From Bacteroidota bacterium (GTDB lineage Bacteria > Bacteroidota > Bacteroidia > Chitinophagales > UBA8649), in NCBI GenBank assembly GCA_036128775.1, contig JAYYPZ010000051.1, positions 1 to 51,925 of the forward strand: 51,925 nucleotides of DNA, read 5' to 3'. A program made the position numbers and the translations under genes. Below, piece after piece: positions 36,361-44,709 of the stretch; the first letter of the stretch is position 1; every line of letters begins with the position of its first letter. Under the pieces are notes generated by a model. The model worked only from the letters and a program-made list of their open reading frames with translations, was not told where the DNA came from and ran no database searches.

Positions 36361-37770
36361 ATGAAAATCAGAAAATATATCCTGTGGACTATACTAACTA
36401 GTCTAATACTCTCTGCAGCGCCCACCGCCACGCTGTACAGCCAAATTACAAGGGATGATGTGACTACTTGCATTATGTTAAGTTGCAACCAGGTATCCCT
36501 AAGACAGGCACAACGAGATGCTGTCTTCAACTCGTTTAGTGAACCTTGTCTAATGGGGGATTGCAAACAGGATGATTTAATGGCCAATATCAATGGTCTT
36601 CCTCCGCTTAATCAATCACTTACTTTACAAATCATTGATTTGACCACTGAGGCAAATCTTGATTTAGATGCTCAGCAACTCGCCGAAGCCTTAATTACGG
36701 AATTATACGTTGAAGGGAAGCTCAAGGGATTTCTTGATCGAAATCCTAATCGCAAAGAAATGGTTGCCGCAGAACTCCAAGGATGGCTGGAAATTTTTAT
36801 TAATGCGAGAAAAACAGAAGCAACTGACCCTGACGAAAATTATGACTTTCCTGATCAAACACAAGAAAATCAATCCTCTGACGAGATTCCTGCCAATACA
36901 CAAAACAATCAAGATAATCAGAGCAGCCAGAATGACAACGAGGATGTTCGAGGAGAGGATGATGGAGATGTAGTAGAGGAAGAAAAAAGCGGTAGTAATC
37001 TCGTTTTCATTATCATCATTCTCCTTTTACTAGGTGTGATTGGTCTGCTTGCCTTTTTGTATTACAAGCTGAATCTCGAAAAAGAGGATCTCGAACAGTC
37101 GACCAAACGCCTCCGGGACGAAAGCGCGCAGTTTAATGCAGAGCAATATAAACTCAAACGTTTACTAAGCGAAAGAGAACGAGAGCTTAGATCCCTTATG
37201 GAGAGCCAACAAAGAACTCAAATTCCAAAAGCTGTAAATGAGGAAGTAGTGGAAAAGAAAAATCCAGATCAAAGCAACGATATCCCCGCTCAAGAGGTCA
37301 CTGGCGAGATTCCTTTTAATCAAGTAGAGGATACCCAGGTGTTTAATGAAGAAGAAAATCAAGAAACCAAAATTGAAGAGGCAGCTAAGCGCCCTGAAGA
37401 TGATAATCCAGGGCACGTGAGCTATCCACCGAATATAGAGGGACAGCGTTCCGTTGTATTCTTCAGTGCACCTAATGCCCAAGGTGAGTTCCCCTCCTCA
37501 GCCATGATGAGAGATTACAGCCCTGAGGCAGTAATCAGAGTGTTCCTGCGCGATGAAGAAGCGGATTACGGTGAATTCCAAATTGTCACTAATCCTACAT
37601 CCCAGCGTAATTTATTGGCGAATTGGGAGCATACGCTTGCCCATTTTGCCGTTCCTGTAAATCCTGAACATCCCGAACCAAGAAGTATAGAACTTGAGCG
37701 TGCTGGAGGAATTCGGGAAAGCCAAGGAGTTTGGAAAGTTGTACGAAAAGCGAAAGTGCGCTTTATGTAA
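36361..37770 (+). CDS. Hypothetical single-pass membrane protein: secreted N-domain, acidic linker, TM helix, coiled coil, C-terminal globular domain
   Basis: Signal peptide and a paralogous N-domain. Then a DNQ/E-rich linker, TM helix LVFIIIILLLLGVIGLLAFLYY, a coiled coil (LEKEDLEQSTKRLRDESAQFNAEQYKLKRLLSERERELRSL) and a ~110-aa C-terminal domain. Confidence 0.6.
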   Translation: MKIRKYILWTILTSLILSAAPTATLYSQITRDDVTTCIMLSCNQVSLRQAQRDAVFNSFSEPCLMGDCKQDDLMANINGLPPLNQSLTLQIIDLTTEANLDLDAQQLAEALITELYVEGKLKGFLDRNPNRKEMVAAELQGWLEIFINARKTEATDPDENYDFPDQTQENQSSDEIPANTQNNQDNQSSQNDNEDVRGEDDGDVVEEEKSGSNLVFIIIILLLLGVIGLLAFLYYKLNLEKEDLEQSTKRLRDESAQFNAEQYKLKRLLSERERELRSLMESQQRTQIPKAVNEEVVEKKNPDQSNDIPAQEVTGEIPFNQVEDTQVFNEEENQETKIEEAAKRPEDDNPGHVSYPPNIEGQRSVVFFSAPNAQGEFPSSAMMRDYSPEAVIRVFLRDEEADYGEFQIVTNPTSQRNLLANWEHTLAHFAVPVNPEHPEPRSIELERAGGIRESQGVWKVVRKAKVRFM

Positions 37771-37846
37771 GGCAATATACTTTGCGAAGATTACCATACT
37801 TTTGACCTGCTCAACGTAGGAGGTTGAGGTAGACTAAATAAAAGAC

Positions 37847-39178
37847 ATGTTTAATACGCTTCAGGATCGCCTGGATAAGGCCTTTAGTATTTTAAAAGGC
37901 CAACACAAGATCACCGAAATAAATATCGCCAAAACGACAAAGGAGATTCGCAGAGCCTTAGTCGAAGCAGATGTTAACTACAAAATCGCCAAAACCTTCA
38001 CCGATAGCGTAAAAGAAAAAGCCCTTGGTCAAGGTGTACTCAAGTCTGTACAGCCTGGGCAGATGCTCGTTAAAATCGTAGAAGATGAACTGCGAGATCT
38101 TATGGGTGGAGAGGTTGCGAGCTTTCAGATTACAGGAAATCCCGCAGTCATCCTGATCGCCGGATTACAAGGTTCAGGTAAAACGACCTTTACACACAAG
38201 CTTGCACACTGGGCAAAATCCAAGAAAGGTAAATCTCCGTTAATGGTCGCAGGTGACGTGTATCGACCAGCAGCCATCGATCAGCTCGCCAGCTTAGGGG
38301 AAAAAATCGATATCCCGGTCTTCTATGATAAAGAGGATAAATCGCCTGTATCTATCGCAAAGGCGGGAATTGACTTCGCCAAGAAAAATGGCCATGATGT
38401 TGTCATCATCGATACAGCGGGACGCCTTGCCGTAGATGAGGTGATGATGACAGAAATCCAAGAAGTCAAACGAGCCATTCAACCTCAAGAAACACTCTTC
38501 GTAGTGGATTCGATGACAGGACAAGATGCCGTCAATACGGCAGAGGCCTTTAATCAAACCATTGACTTTGACGGAGTAGTTCTAACTAAACTTGATGGGG
38601 ATACAAGAGGGGGAGCAGCACTGTCCATACAATATACCGTGGGTAAGCCTATCAAATTTGCCTCATCTGGAGAGAAAGTTGATTCCATTGATCTTTTCCA
38701 CCCAGACCGTATGGCACGACGTATTCTGGGAATGGGAGACATCGTAACCCTTGTAGAGCGAGCTCAGCAGGACTTCGATGAAGAGGAAGCAAGAAAGGTT
38801 TCGAAAAAAATTGCAAAAAACAAATTTGACTTCGATGACTTTATGGGTCAATTACAGCAGATCAAAAAAATGGGCAACATGAAAGACTTACTTTCTATGA
38901 TGCCTGGGATGGGTAAAGCGCTTCGTGATGTCGAAATCAGTGATGATGCCTTCAAAAAAGTGGAAGCGATTATGCAATCTATGACACCTTATGAGCGCGC
39001 AAATCCCGATTCCCTTGATGGATCACGAAGAAAAAGACTTGCGGCGGGCAGTGGTAATTCAATCCAAGAAGTAAACCGATTTATCAAGCAATTCGAGGAC
39101 ATGAAGAAGATGATGCGCAAGATGCAAGGAGGCGGAAGTGCCAAAATGATGCGCTCTATGATGAAATCTCGTCGATAA
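37847..39178 (+). CDS. ffh: Signal recognition particle protein Ffh
   Basis: GLQGSGKTT, DTAGR, TKLDGDTRGGAA and a Met-rich M domain (MGNMKDLLSMMPGMG). Confidence 0.97.
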   Translation: MFNTLQDRLDKAFSILKGQHKITEINIAKTTKEIRRALVEADVNYKIAKTFTDSVKEKALGQGVLKSVQPGQMLVKIVEDELRDLMGGEVASFQITGNPAVILIAGLQGSGKTTFTHKLAHWAKSKKGKSPLMVAGDVYRPAAIDQLASLGEKIDIPVFYDKEDKSPVSIAKAGIDFAKKNGHDVVIIDTAGRLAVDEVMMTEIQEVKRAIQPQETLFVVDSMTGQDAVNTAEAFNQTIDFDGVVLTKLDGDTRGGAALSIQYTVGKPIKFASSGEKVDSIDLFHPDRMARRILGMGDIVTLVERAQQDFDEEEARKVSKKIAKNKFDFDDFMGQLQQIKKMGNMKDLLSMMPGMGKALRDVEISDDAFKKVEAIMQSMTPYERANPDSLDGSRRKRLAAGSGNSIQEVNRFIKQFEDMKKMMRKMQGGGSAKMMRSMMKSRR

Positions 39179-39239
39179 AGCCTATATTCGCAATCCATTT
39201 AGAAAAACAATTCATTAATTACAAGCATAATTTAGACTT

Positions 39240-40013
39240 ATGGCAGTAAAACTAAGACTTCAGAGACACGGGCGTAAAGGACGTCCTTACTATTATATCG
39301 TAGCCGCTAACGCATCGTCAAAAAGAGACGGACGCTATATCGAGCGTGTAGGAAGCTACAATCCAGTAAACAGTCCAGCAACTATCGATTTAGATGTAGA
39401 TGCTTCGCTAAAGTGGCTTGAGAATGGAGCAGAACCAACGCCAACGGTGCGCAGAATTCTATCCTACAAAGGTGTCCTCTACAAAAAGCATCTCATGCGT
39501 GGAGTACGGAAAGGCGCTTTAACGCTAGAAGAAGCTGAAGCAAAATTTGCAGAATGGACAGCGAACAAAGAAGCTGAGATTCAAAAGGCAATCGAAGTGA
39601 ATGCTCAAAAAATTCAAGAAAGCAAGAAAGCTAAGGCGAAAAAAGAACTTGAAAAGAGCGCTTCAATTTTGGCAGCAAGAAGAGCTAAACTAGAAGAGGC
39701 AGCCGCTCCTGCAGAGGAGGAAGTAACTGCTGACGACGAAGGCGCTCCTTCAGAGGAAGCAGCTGTTGTCGAAGCTCCCGCTGAAGAGGCTCCTGCTGAA
39801 GAAGCAGCCGCTGAGGAAGCTCCTGCCGAAGAAGCAGCCGCTGAAGAAGCTCCTGCTGAAGAAGCAGCCGCTGAAGAAGCTCCTGCTGAAGAGGCTCCCG
39901 CTGAAGAAGCTCCCGCTGAAGAAGCTCCTGCTGAAGAAGCTCCCGCTGAAGAAGCAGCCGCTGAAGAAGCTCCTGCTGAAGAAGACAACAAAGAAGACGA
40001 AGCTGCAGAATAA
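39240..40013 (+). CDS. rpsP: 30S ribosomal protein S16 with long acidic repeat-containing C-terminal extension
   Basis: MAVKLRLQRHGRKGRPYYYIVAANASSKRDGRYIERVGSYNP is the S16 core (~85 aa). It is followed by a K/A/E-rich tail and 14 units of AEEA(P/A). Confidence 0.93.
   Translation: MAVKLRLQRHGRKGRPYYYIVAANASSKRDGRYIERVGSYNPVNSPATIDLDVDASLKWLENGAEPTPTVRRILSYKGVLYKKHLMRGVRKGALTLEEAEAKFAEWTANKEAEIQKAIEVNAQKIQESKKAKAKKELEKSASILAARRAKLEEAAAPAEEEVTADDEGAPSEEAAVVEAPAEEAPAEEAAAEEAPAEEAAAEEAPAEEAAAEEAPAEEAPAEEAPAEEAPAEEAPAEEAAAEEAPAEEDNKEDEAAE
39771..39984 (+). repeat. 15-nt tandem repeat (about 14 units) inside rpsP encoding AEEAP/AEEAA
   Basis: gctgaagaagctcc(t/c) and gctgaagaagcagcc units read directly, nearly identical at the DNA level. 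Confidence 0.9.
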
Positions 40014-40046
40014 TAAGCAGACCTTCGTTCAACTTTTGATCAATAG

Positions 40047-40080
40047 AAAAAGGCCTGGTTTCCCAGGCCTTTTTCTTTTT
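40047..40080. terminator. Bidirectional rho-independent terminator
   Basis: aaaaa-GGCCTGG-tttc-CCAGGCC-tttttcttttt lies between convergent rpsP (stop 40013) and hppD (stop 40096). Confidence 0.85.
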
Positions 40081-40095
40081 TATATATCAGTGGTT

Positions 40096-41229
40096 TTAGA
40101 GGTTTCCTCGTAAACCCTGCTCACGCTCAATAGCTTCAAACAATGCTTTAAAGTTTCCCTTGCCAAAAGATCGCGCCCCTTCTCGCTGAATGATTTCAAA
40201 GAATAGGGTTGGTCTATCTTCCAAGGGTTTAGTGAAAATTTGAAGAAGATATCCCTCATCATCTCGGTCTACCAGAATATTAAGTGAACGCAAAGCATTT
40301 ATATCTTCATTAATCTCTCCAACTCTTTCGAGCAAATCGTCATAGTATGTATCAGGTACATGTAAAAACTCTACTCCTCGATCCCTTAAGGCTTGTACGG
40401 TAGTCAGGATATCTTTTGTAGCAATAGCAATATGTTGTACACCTGCTCCTTGATAGAACTCCAGGTATTCGTCGATTTGTGATTTGCGTAATCCTTCAGC
40501 GGGTTCATTGATTGGAAATTTAACATAACCATTTCCGTTTGATACCACTTTGGACATCAAGGCAGAGTACTCCGTTGAAATGTCTTTATCGTCAAAGGTG
40601 AGGAGTAAAGAAAAGCCCATAACCTTTTCGTAGAAGGCAACCCATTCATCCATTTTACCCAATTCCACATTACCGACACAGTGATCGACATATTCTAAAC
40701 CAACAGGGCTCACCGGTGCCGTAGAATTTCGTGGCTGATAGCCTGGCATAAAAATCCCGTTATACGCTCTTCGTTCAACAAACTTATGAATGGTCTCACC
40801 ATAGGTTTTGATTGCAGAGACCACCACAGAACCATGTTCATCACTGAATTCTTTTGCTTCCATTACTACCTCTCCTCCTCGTGCTCGAGTTTCCTCTAAA
40901 GCTTTACGAGCGTCCTCTACTTGGAGCGCAAGCACTTTAACACCGTCACCATGAGTGCGCACATGATCACTTATCTCGTGATCAGGACGTAATGCGGTAG
41001 AAAGGACAAAGCGCAACTTATTCTGCTGAAGAACATAAGAAGCTTTATCTCTAACTCCTGTCTCAGGACCAGCATAAGCTACTAATTCAAAGCCAAAAAG
41101 GTATTGATAATAAAATGCTGACTGCTTTGCATTACCGCAGTAAAATTCAATATGATCGGTACCAAGGAGCGGTAAAAAATCTTCTGCCTCTACTAATCGA
41201 TCTTTACTACTTGATCTAAAACTTTCCAT
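40096..41229 (-). CDS. hppD: 4-hydroxyphenylpyruvate dioxygenase
   Basis: GTDHIEFY, GVQHIAIAT, FFEIIQREGARSFGKGNFKALFEAIE. The ATG at 41229 is preferred over the TTG at 41274. Confidence 0.93.
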   Translation of the reverse strand: MESFRSSSKDRLVEAEDFLPLLGTDHIEFYCGNAKQSAFYYQYLFGFELVAYAGPETGVRDKASYVLQQNKLRFVLSTALRPDHEISDHVRTHGDGVKVLALQVEDARKALEETRARGGEVVMEAKEFSDEHGSVVVSAIKTYGETIHKFVERRAYNGIFMPGYQPRNSTAPVSPVGLEYVDHCVGNVELGKMDEWVAFYEKVMGFSLLLTFDDKDISTEYSALMSKVVSNGNGYVKFPINEPAEGLRKSQIDEYLEFYQGAGVQHIAIATKDILTTVQALRDRGVEFLHVPDTYYDDLLERVGEINEDINALRSLNILVDRDDEGYLLQIFTKPLEDRPTLFFEIIQREGARSFGKGNFKALFEAIEREQGLRGNL

Positions 41230-41291
41230 AATTTTTGTTCTTTTCCCTTGCTCTAAAGATAGGGCACTATTCAATTCTATAGACCTTGCAT

Positions 41292-41903
41292 TTAGTGCCG
41301 GATTAATGGCACGATACGCTCTGGTTTAAACGACACCCCTTGCAGATATACCCCACCTGCATTTTCAGCTAGTGTTTTTAATTGGTTTACATATTTATCC
41401 TCAGCAAATGTTGTTTGAACCACATGCAAAATACAGTTCAGCGAATCGATTTCAGAAGCAATCGCATCCAATCGATCGTCATTGGGAGCAAGTCCATCAC
41501 TTAAGAGCACGATGACACTTTCGCGAAGTTGATCAGGATTTCTCCAATTGTGTGCCTCGAGCGCCAGGGATAGTCCATCATAAACATAGGTCGCCAAGGT
41601 GGGAGTTATATCTTCAACAACGTTGAGCATAAACTGTCTGTGATGGACAGGTAAAAACGGAACACTAACCTTTGCATAGTTTGAAAAGGTGATGATGCAT
41701 AGGGAATCGCCATCATTAAAGTAGTCAATCGCCGTATTAGCCCAAGACTTCATAATGTCTAGCGAATTGTTTCCACTCATGGTGTAGGTTCCATCTAATA
41801 CAAGGATGACACGCTTAGAATCAGCATGCTGAGAGAATGCTACGTCCTTTGAGAAAAAGAAAACGAGGAAGGTTAGAATGAGGGATCTAGTGATTTGCTT
41901 CAC
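41292..41903 (-). CDS. Secreted von Willebrand factor A (VWA)-like domain protein
   Basis: A GTG start at 41903 gives MKQITRSLILTFLVFFFS..AFSQ as signal peptide and overlaps the hmgA stop as GTGA. VILVLDGTYTMSG is a degenerate MIDAS (DxTxT); VIVLLSDGLAPND is a VWA beta4 motif. Confidence 0.65.
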   Translation of the reverse strand: MKQITRSLILTFLVFFFSKDVAFSQHADSKRVILVLDGTYTMSGNNSLDIMKSWANTAIDYFNDGDSLCIITFSNYAKVSVPFLPVHHRQFMLNVVEDITPTLATYVYDGLSLALEAHNWRNPDQLRESVIVLLSDGLAPNDDRLDAIASEIDSLNCILHVVQTTFAEDKYVNQLKTLAENAGGVYLQGVSFKPERIVPLIRH

Positions 41904-43054
41904 ACCCAACTTTTGTGGTATCCCTCATCTTCTATGGATAAGGCTTGTTTTGTAAGCTTTAAGGGATGAAAGGTGTCGACCATTACGGCCAGTTCCTCTG
42001 TTCCTTTTTTACCAATACTGTTTTCAACCGCCCCGTGATGAGGACCATGAGGAATTCCTAATGGATGTAAGGTTAACATACCCTCTACAACGTCATTTCG
42101 GCTCATAAATTTTGGCTCTACATAATAAAGTACTTCATCAGAATCTACATTGCTATGATTGTATGGCGCTGGAATACCCTCTGGATGATAATCATACAGC
42201 CTTGGCACAAAGGAACAAATCACAAAATTGCGACCGCTAAATGTCTGATGAACCGGAGGGGGTTGGTGAACACGGCCTGTTATAGGTTCAAAATCATGAA
42301 TGCTAAACGCATAGGGATAGAGGTAACCATCCCAACCAATAGCATCAAAAGGATGGGATGCATAGACCACATCATAAATAAATCCATTTTTCTTGATGGA
42401 AATCACAAATTCCCCTTTTTTGTCATGGGTGACTAGGCGTTCAGGTTTTCGAAAGTCGCGTTCACAAAACGGAGAATGCTCAAGATGCTGACCAAATTGA
42501 TTTCTATAACGCTTTGGGGTTACAACAGGTCCCGAAGATTCAATAATTAAGCATTTGTTTTCTTCTGTTGTCCATCGCATTTGATAAATCGTGCCTCGCG
42601 GAATAACCACATAATCTCCGGGCTTAAAGGGAAGTTCGCCATAAATCGAGTGCATGACTCCTTCGCCATGATGGATGAAAATTACTTCATCTGCTGTAGC
42701 ATTTTTAAAGTATTGATCAACCATAGATTCCGTGGGAGCTGCCATGCTAAGTTGAACATCATTATTGACCATTAAGGGAATTCGATCTGCAATATAATTC
42801 GGACCAAATGCCAGGTTAAAGCCAAAGAATTTTCGATGTGCAATATGTTCATCGACTGCAATTTCAGGACGCACATCCCGTCTTAGTCCAATTTCCTTGA
42901 TCAGAGTGGGTGGATGGCAGTGATAGACCAAGGAATAGATATTATCAAATCCTTCGGTAGAAACTAGTTCTTCGGAATACAACACACCCTCCTTGTTTCT
43001 AAACTGAGTATGGCGTTTTGATGGAATGTCCCCGAGTCGATAATAATGTGGCAT
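41900..43054 (-). CDS. hmgA: Homogentisate 1,2-dioxygenase
   Basis: Cupin-type HGD. YYRLGDIPSKRHTQF, NHSNVDSDEVLYY, LTLHPLGIPHGPHHG. Confidence 0.95.
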   Translation of the reverse strand: MPHYYRLGDIPSKRHTQFRNKEGVLYSEELVSTEGFDNIYSLVYHCHPPTLIKEIGLRRDVRPEIAVDEHIAHRKFFGFNLAFGPNYIADRIPLMVNNDVQLSMAAPTESMVDQYFKNATADEVIFIHHGEGVMHSIYGELPFKPGDYVVIPRGTIYQMRWTTEENKCLIIESSGPVVTPKRYRNQFGQHLEHSPFCERDFRKPERLVTHDKKGEFVISIKKNGFIYDVVYASHPFDAIGWDGYLYPYAFSIHDFEPITGRVHQPPPVHQTFSGRNFVICSFVPRLYDYHPEGIPAPYNHSNVDSDEVLYYVEPKFMSRNDVVEGMLTLHPLGIPHGPHHGAVENSIGKKGTEELAVMVDTFHPLKLTKQALSIEDEGYHKSWV

Positions 43055-43137
43055 ACAATGGCTTTATATAAATTTAAGAAAATGAATAGGCTCAGGAGAT
43101 TACAGAAGGTGTAGTTTTGTGGACAATTACAAACGCC

Positions 43138-43719
43138 ATGGACATCAATGCACTCCTGACTGCAAGTCTCACCTTATTTGCCGTAATTGATATTGTAGGC
43201 TCAATTCCTCTGTTAATCGATATCAAAAAAACGCAGGGACATATACATTCTATGCAAGTAACCCTGTATTCAGGCCTTTTGATGTATCTCTTTCTTTTTA
43301 CGGGAGATAAACTGCTTACACTACTAGGAATTGATATTCCCTCCTTTGCCATTGCAGGATCCATTGTGATTTTTATTATTGGGCTTGAAATGATTCTTGG
43401 ACATCGCCTGTTTAAAGAAGAAAAACACATTATGTCGTCAGCGATTGTACCCATAGCTTTTCCTCTTATCGCCGGTGCGGGAACTATCACAGCGATTCTT
43501 TCATTGAAAGCAGAGTTTTCTAATCAGGTATTATCCTTAGCCATTGGACTTAACTTATTGATTGTTTTTCTTGTCCTAAAAATGATTCCTTTTATTGAAG
43601 GAAAAATTAAAGAAGCTGGACTATCTGTTTTACGGCGAATCTTTGGCGTTATTCTATTAGCTATCTCCGTAAAGATCTTTACAACAAACCTCGGTAACCT
43701 CATTATGTTATGGCAATAG
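43138..43719 (+). CDS. MarC-family (UPF0056) integral membrane protein
   Basis: LFAVIDIVGSIPLLI, IAGSIVIFIIGLEMILG, PIAFPLIAGAGTIT. The ATG at 43138 is preferred over the TTG at 43117. Confidence 0.85.
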   Translation: MDINALLTASLTLFAVIDIVGSIPLLIDIKKTQGHIHSMQVTLYSGLLMYLFLFTGDKLLTLLGIDIPSFAIAGSIVIFIIGLEMILGHRLFKEEKHIMSSAIVPIAFPLIAGAGTITAILSLKAEFSNQVLSLAIGLNLLIVFLVLKMIPFIEGKIKEAGLSVLRRIFGVILLAISVKIFTTNLGNLIMLWQ

Positions 43720-44027
43720 GTTTTCCCGCAAAGTTTAGCGCTCGTTGTACCCATAGTTTCACAGCATATGAAGCCTTTTCTGAGATGATGAAAAAAGCGC
43801 TCGCCACGAAGGGATGGAAACTATTAAAGGAGGACCAAGAGCGTCAACAAATCATCGCACAAATACCTGCTAGTGGTAGCATGACATTGGGTGAGCTATG
43901 TAAGATTCAATTCGATACGACGCAGTATGTTATTGAAAGCCGATGCATCCTTTTCACTCAATTTCTCGACTTCGGCAAGAACAAAAAGAATGTAAAAAGC
44001 TTTTTATCTACAGTTAACTCTCTTTAG
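43710..44027 (+). CDS. Hypothetical 105-aa protein
   Basis: Supported by the ORF only. It overlaps the MarC stop by 10 nt, and its stop abuts the next ATG (TAGATG), so it is tightly embedded in an operon-like string. Confidence 0.45.
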   Translation: MAIGFPAKFSARCTHSFTAYEAFSEMMKKALATKGWKLLKEDQERQQIIAQIPASGSMTLGELCKIQFDTTQYVIESRCILFTQFLDFGKNKKNVKSFLSTVNSL

Positions 44028-44690
44028 ATGTCGAAAATTTGGCCTTGGCAAAAACCTGTAGAACCCACTCCTGAATTTATTGAATCAGAACCTGCCAATG
44101 CCTGGTCGCATGGGTTAGCCTTTCTCGCCGTATTGATTAGCCTGCCCTTTTTCTTTTCTGCAGTTCAATGGGAAAGCTTCAACCGATCAGTAGTCATAGG
44201 TGTCTACGTAGCTTGCCTTTTGCTTATGCTTTTATCCTCGACGCTCTTTCATGGATTTAAGTTTACAATACATGGGAAGAAACTCATGATTCTAGATCAT
44301 ATCGCCATCTACGCAATGATAGCAGGCACCTATACAGCACTACTCTATCGCTACATCAATACGGATTCCGGGCAAATCCTCATGATTATTCTATGGGTGA
44401 TTACTGCCGTGGGCTCCGTATTTAAGATTTTTTTTGCTGGGAAGTGGGATACACTGAGTGGCTTGTTTTATCTCTTTATGGCAAGCCTAATCTTCTTTAT
44501 TTTTCCTGAGTTTCTATCATCAGTTCCTATTGACATTCAGCATTGGATTTACATAGGAGGAGGGGCGTATGTAGTCGGTTTACTCGTATACTTTCTAAAC
44601 CATATTCCCTACAATCATTTAGCGTGGCATTTTTTTGTAATTGGCGGAGCCTTTAGCCATTACTACGCTATCTACAAAGCCTATGCGTAA
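44028..44690 (+). CDS. Hemolysin III / PAQR-family membrane protein
   Basis: EPANAWSHGLAF, SSTLFHG, LDHIAIYAMIAGTYT, AWHFFVIGGAFSHY. Seven TM helices. Confidence 0.88.
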   Translation: MSKIWPWQKPVEPTPEFIESEPANAWSHGLAFLAVLISLPFFFSAVQWESFNRSVVIGVYVACLLLMLLSSTLFHGFKFTIHGKKLMILDHIAIYAMIAGTYTALLYRYINTDSGQILMIILWVITAVGSVFKIFFAGKWDTLSGLFYLFMASLIFFIFPEFLSSVPIDIQHWIYIGGGAYVVGLLVYFLNHIPYNHLAWHFFVIGGAFSHYYAIYKAYA

Positions 44691-44709
44691 TCAATAGTCT
44701 TTTTAGGCT

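Noticed and set aside
39614-40113. Three long ORFs (39614-39991 minus, 39685-40032 minus, 39766-40113 plus) over the rpsP repeat
   Set aside because: They are low-complexity translations (SSAGAS..., LLQQEL..., LKKLPLKK...) produced by a stop-free 15-nt periodic repeat. The S16 frame is the only one contiguous with a recognisable protein core.
43092-43490. 132-aa minus-strand ORF antisense to the MarC gene. Similar shadow ORFs occur elsewhere (8-388, 405-590, 21637-21921, 32395-32796, 49767-50267, 50870-51160 and others)
   Set aside because: Each lies entirely inside, or antisense to, a gene with strong family signatures. Each has a non-protein-like composition and no independent support.
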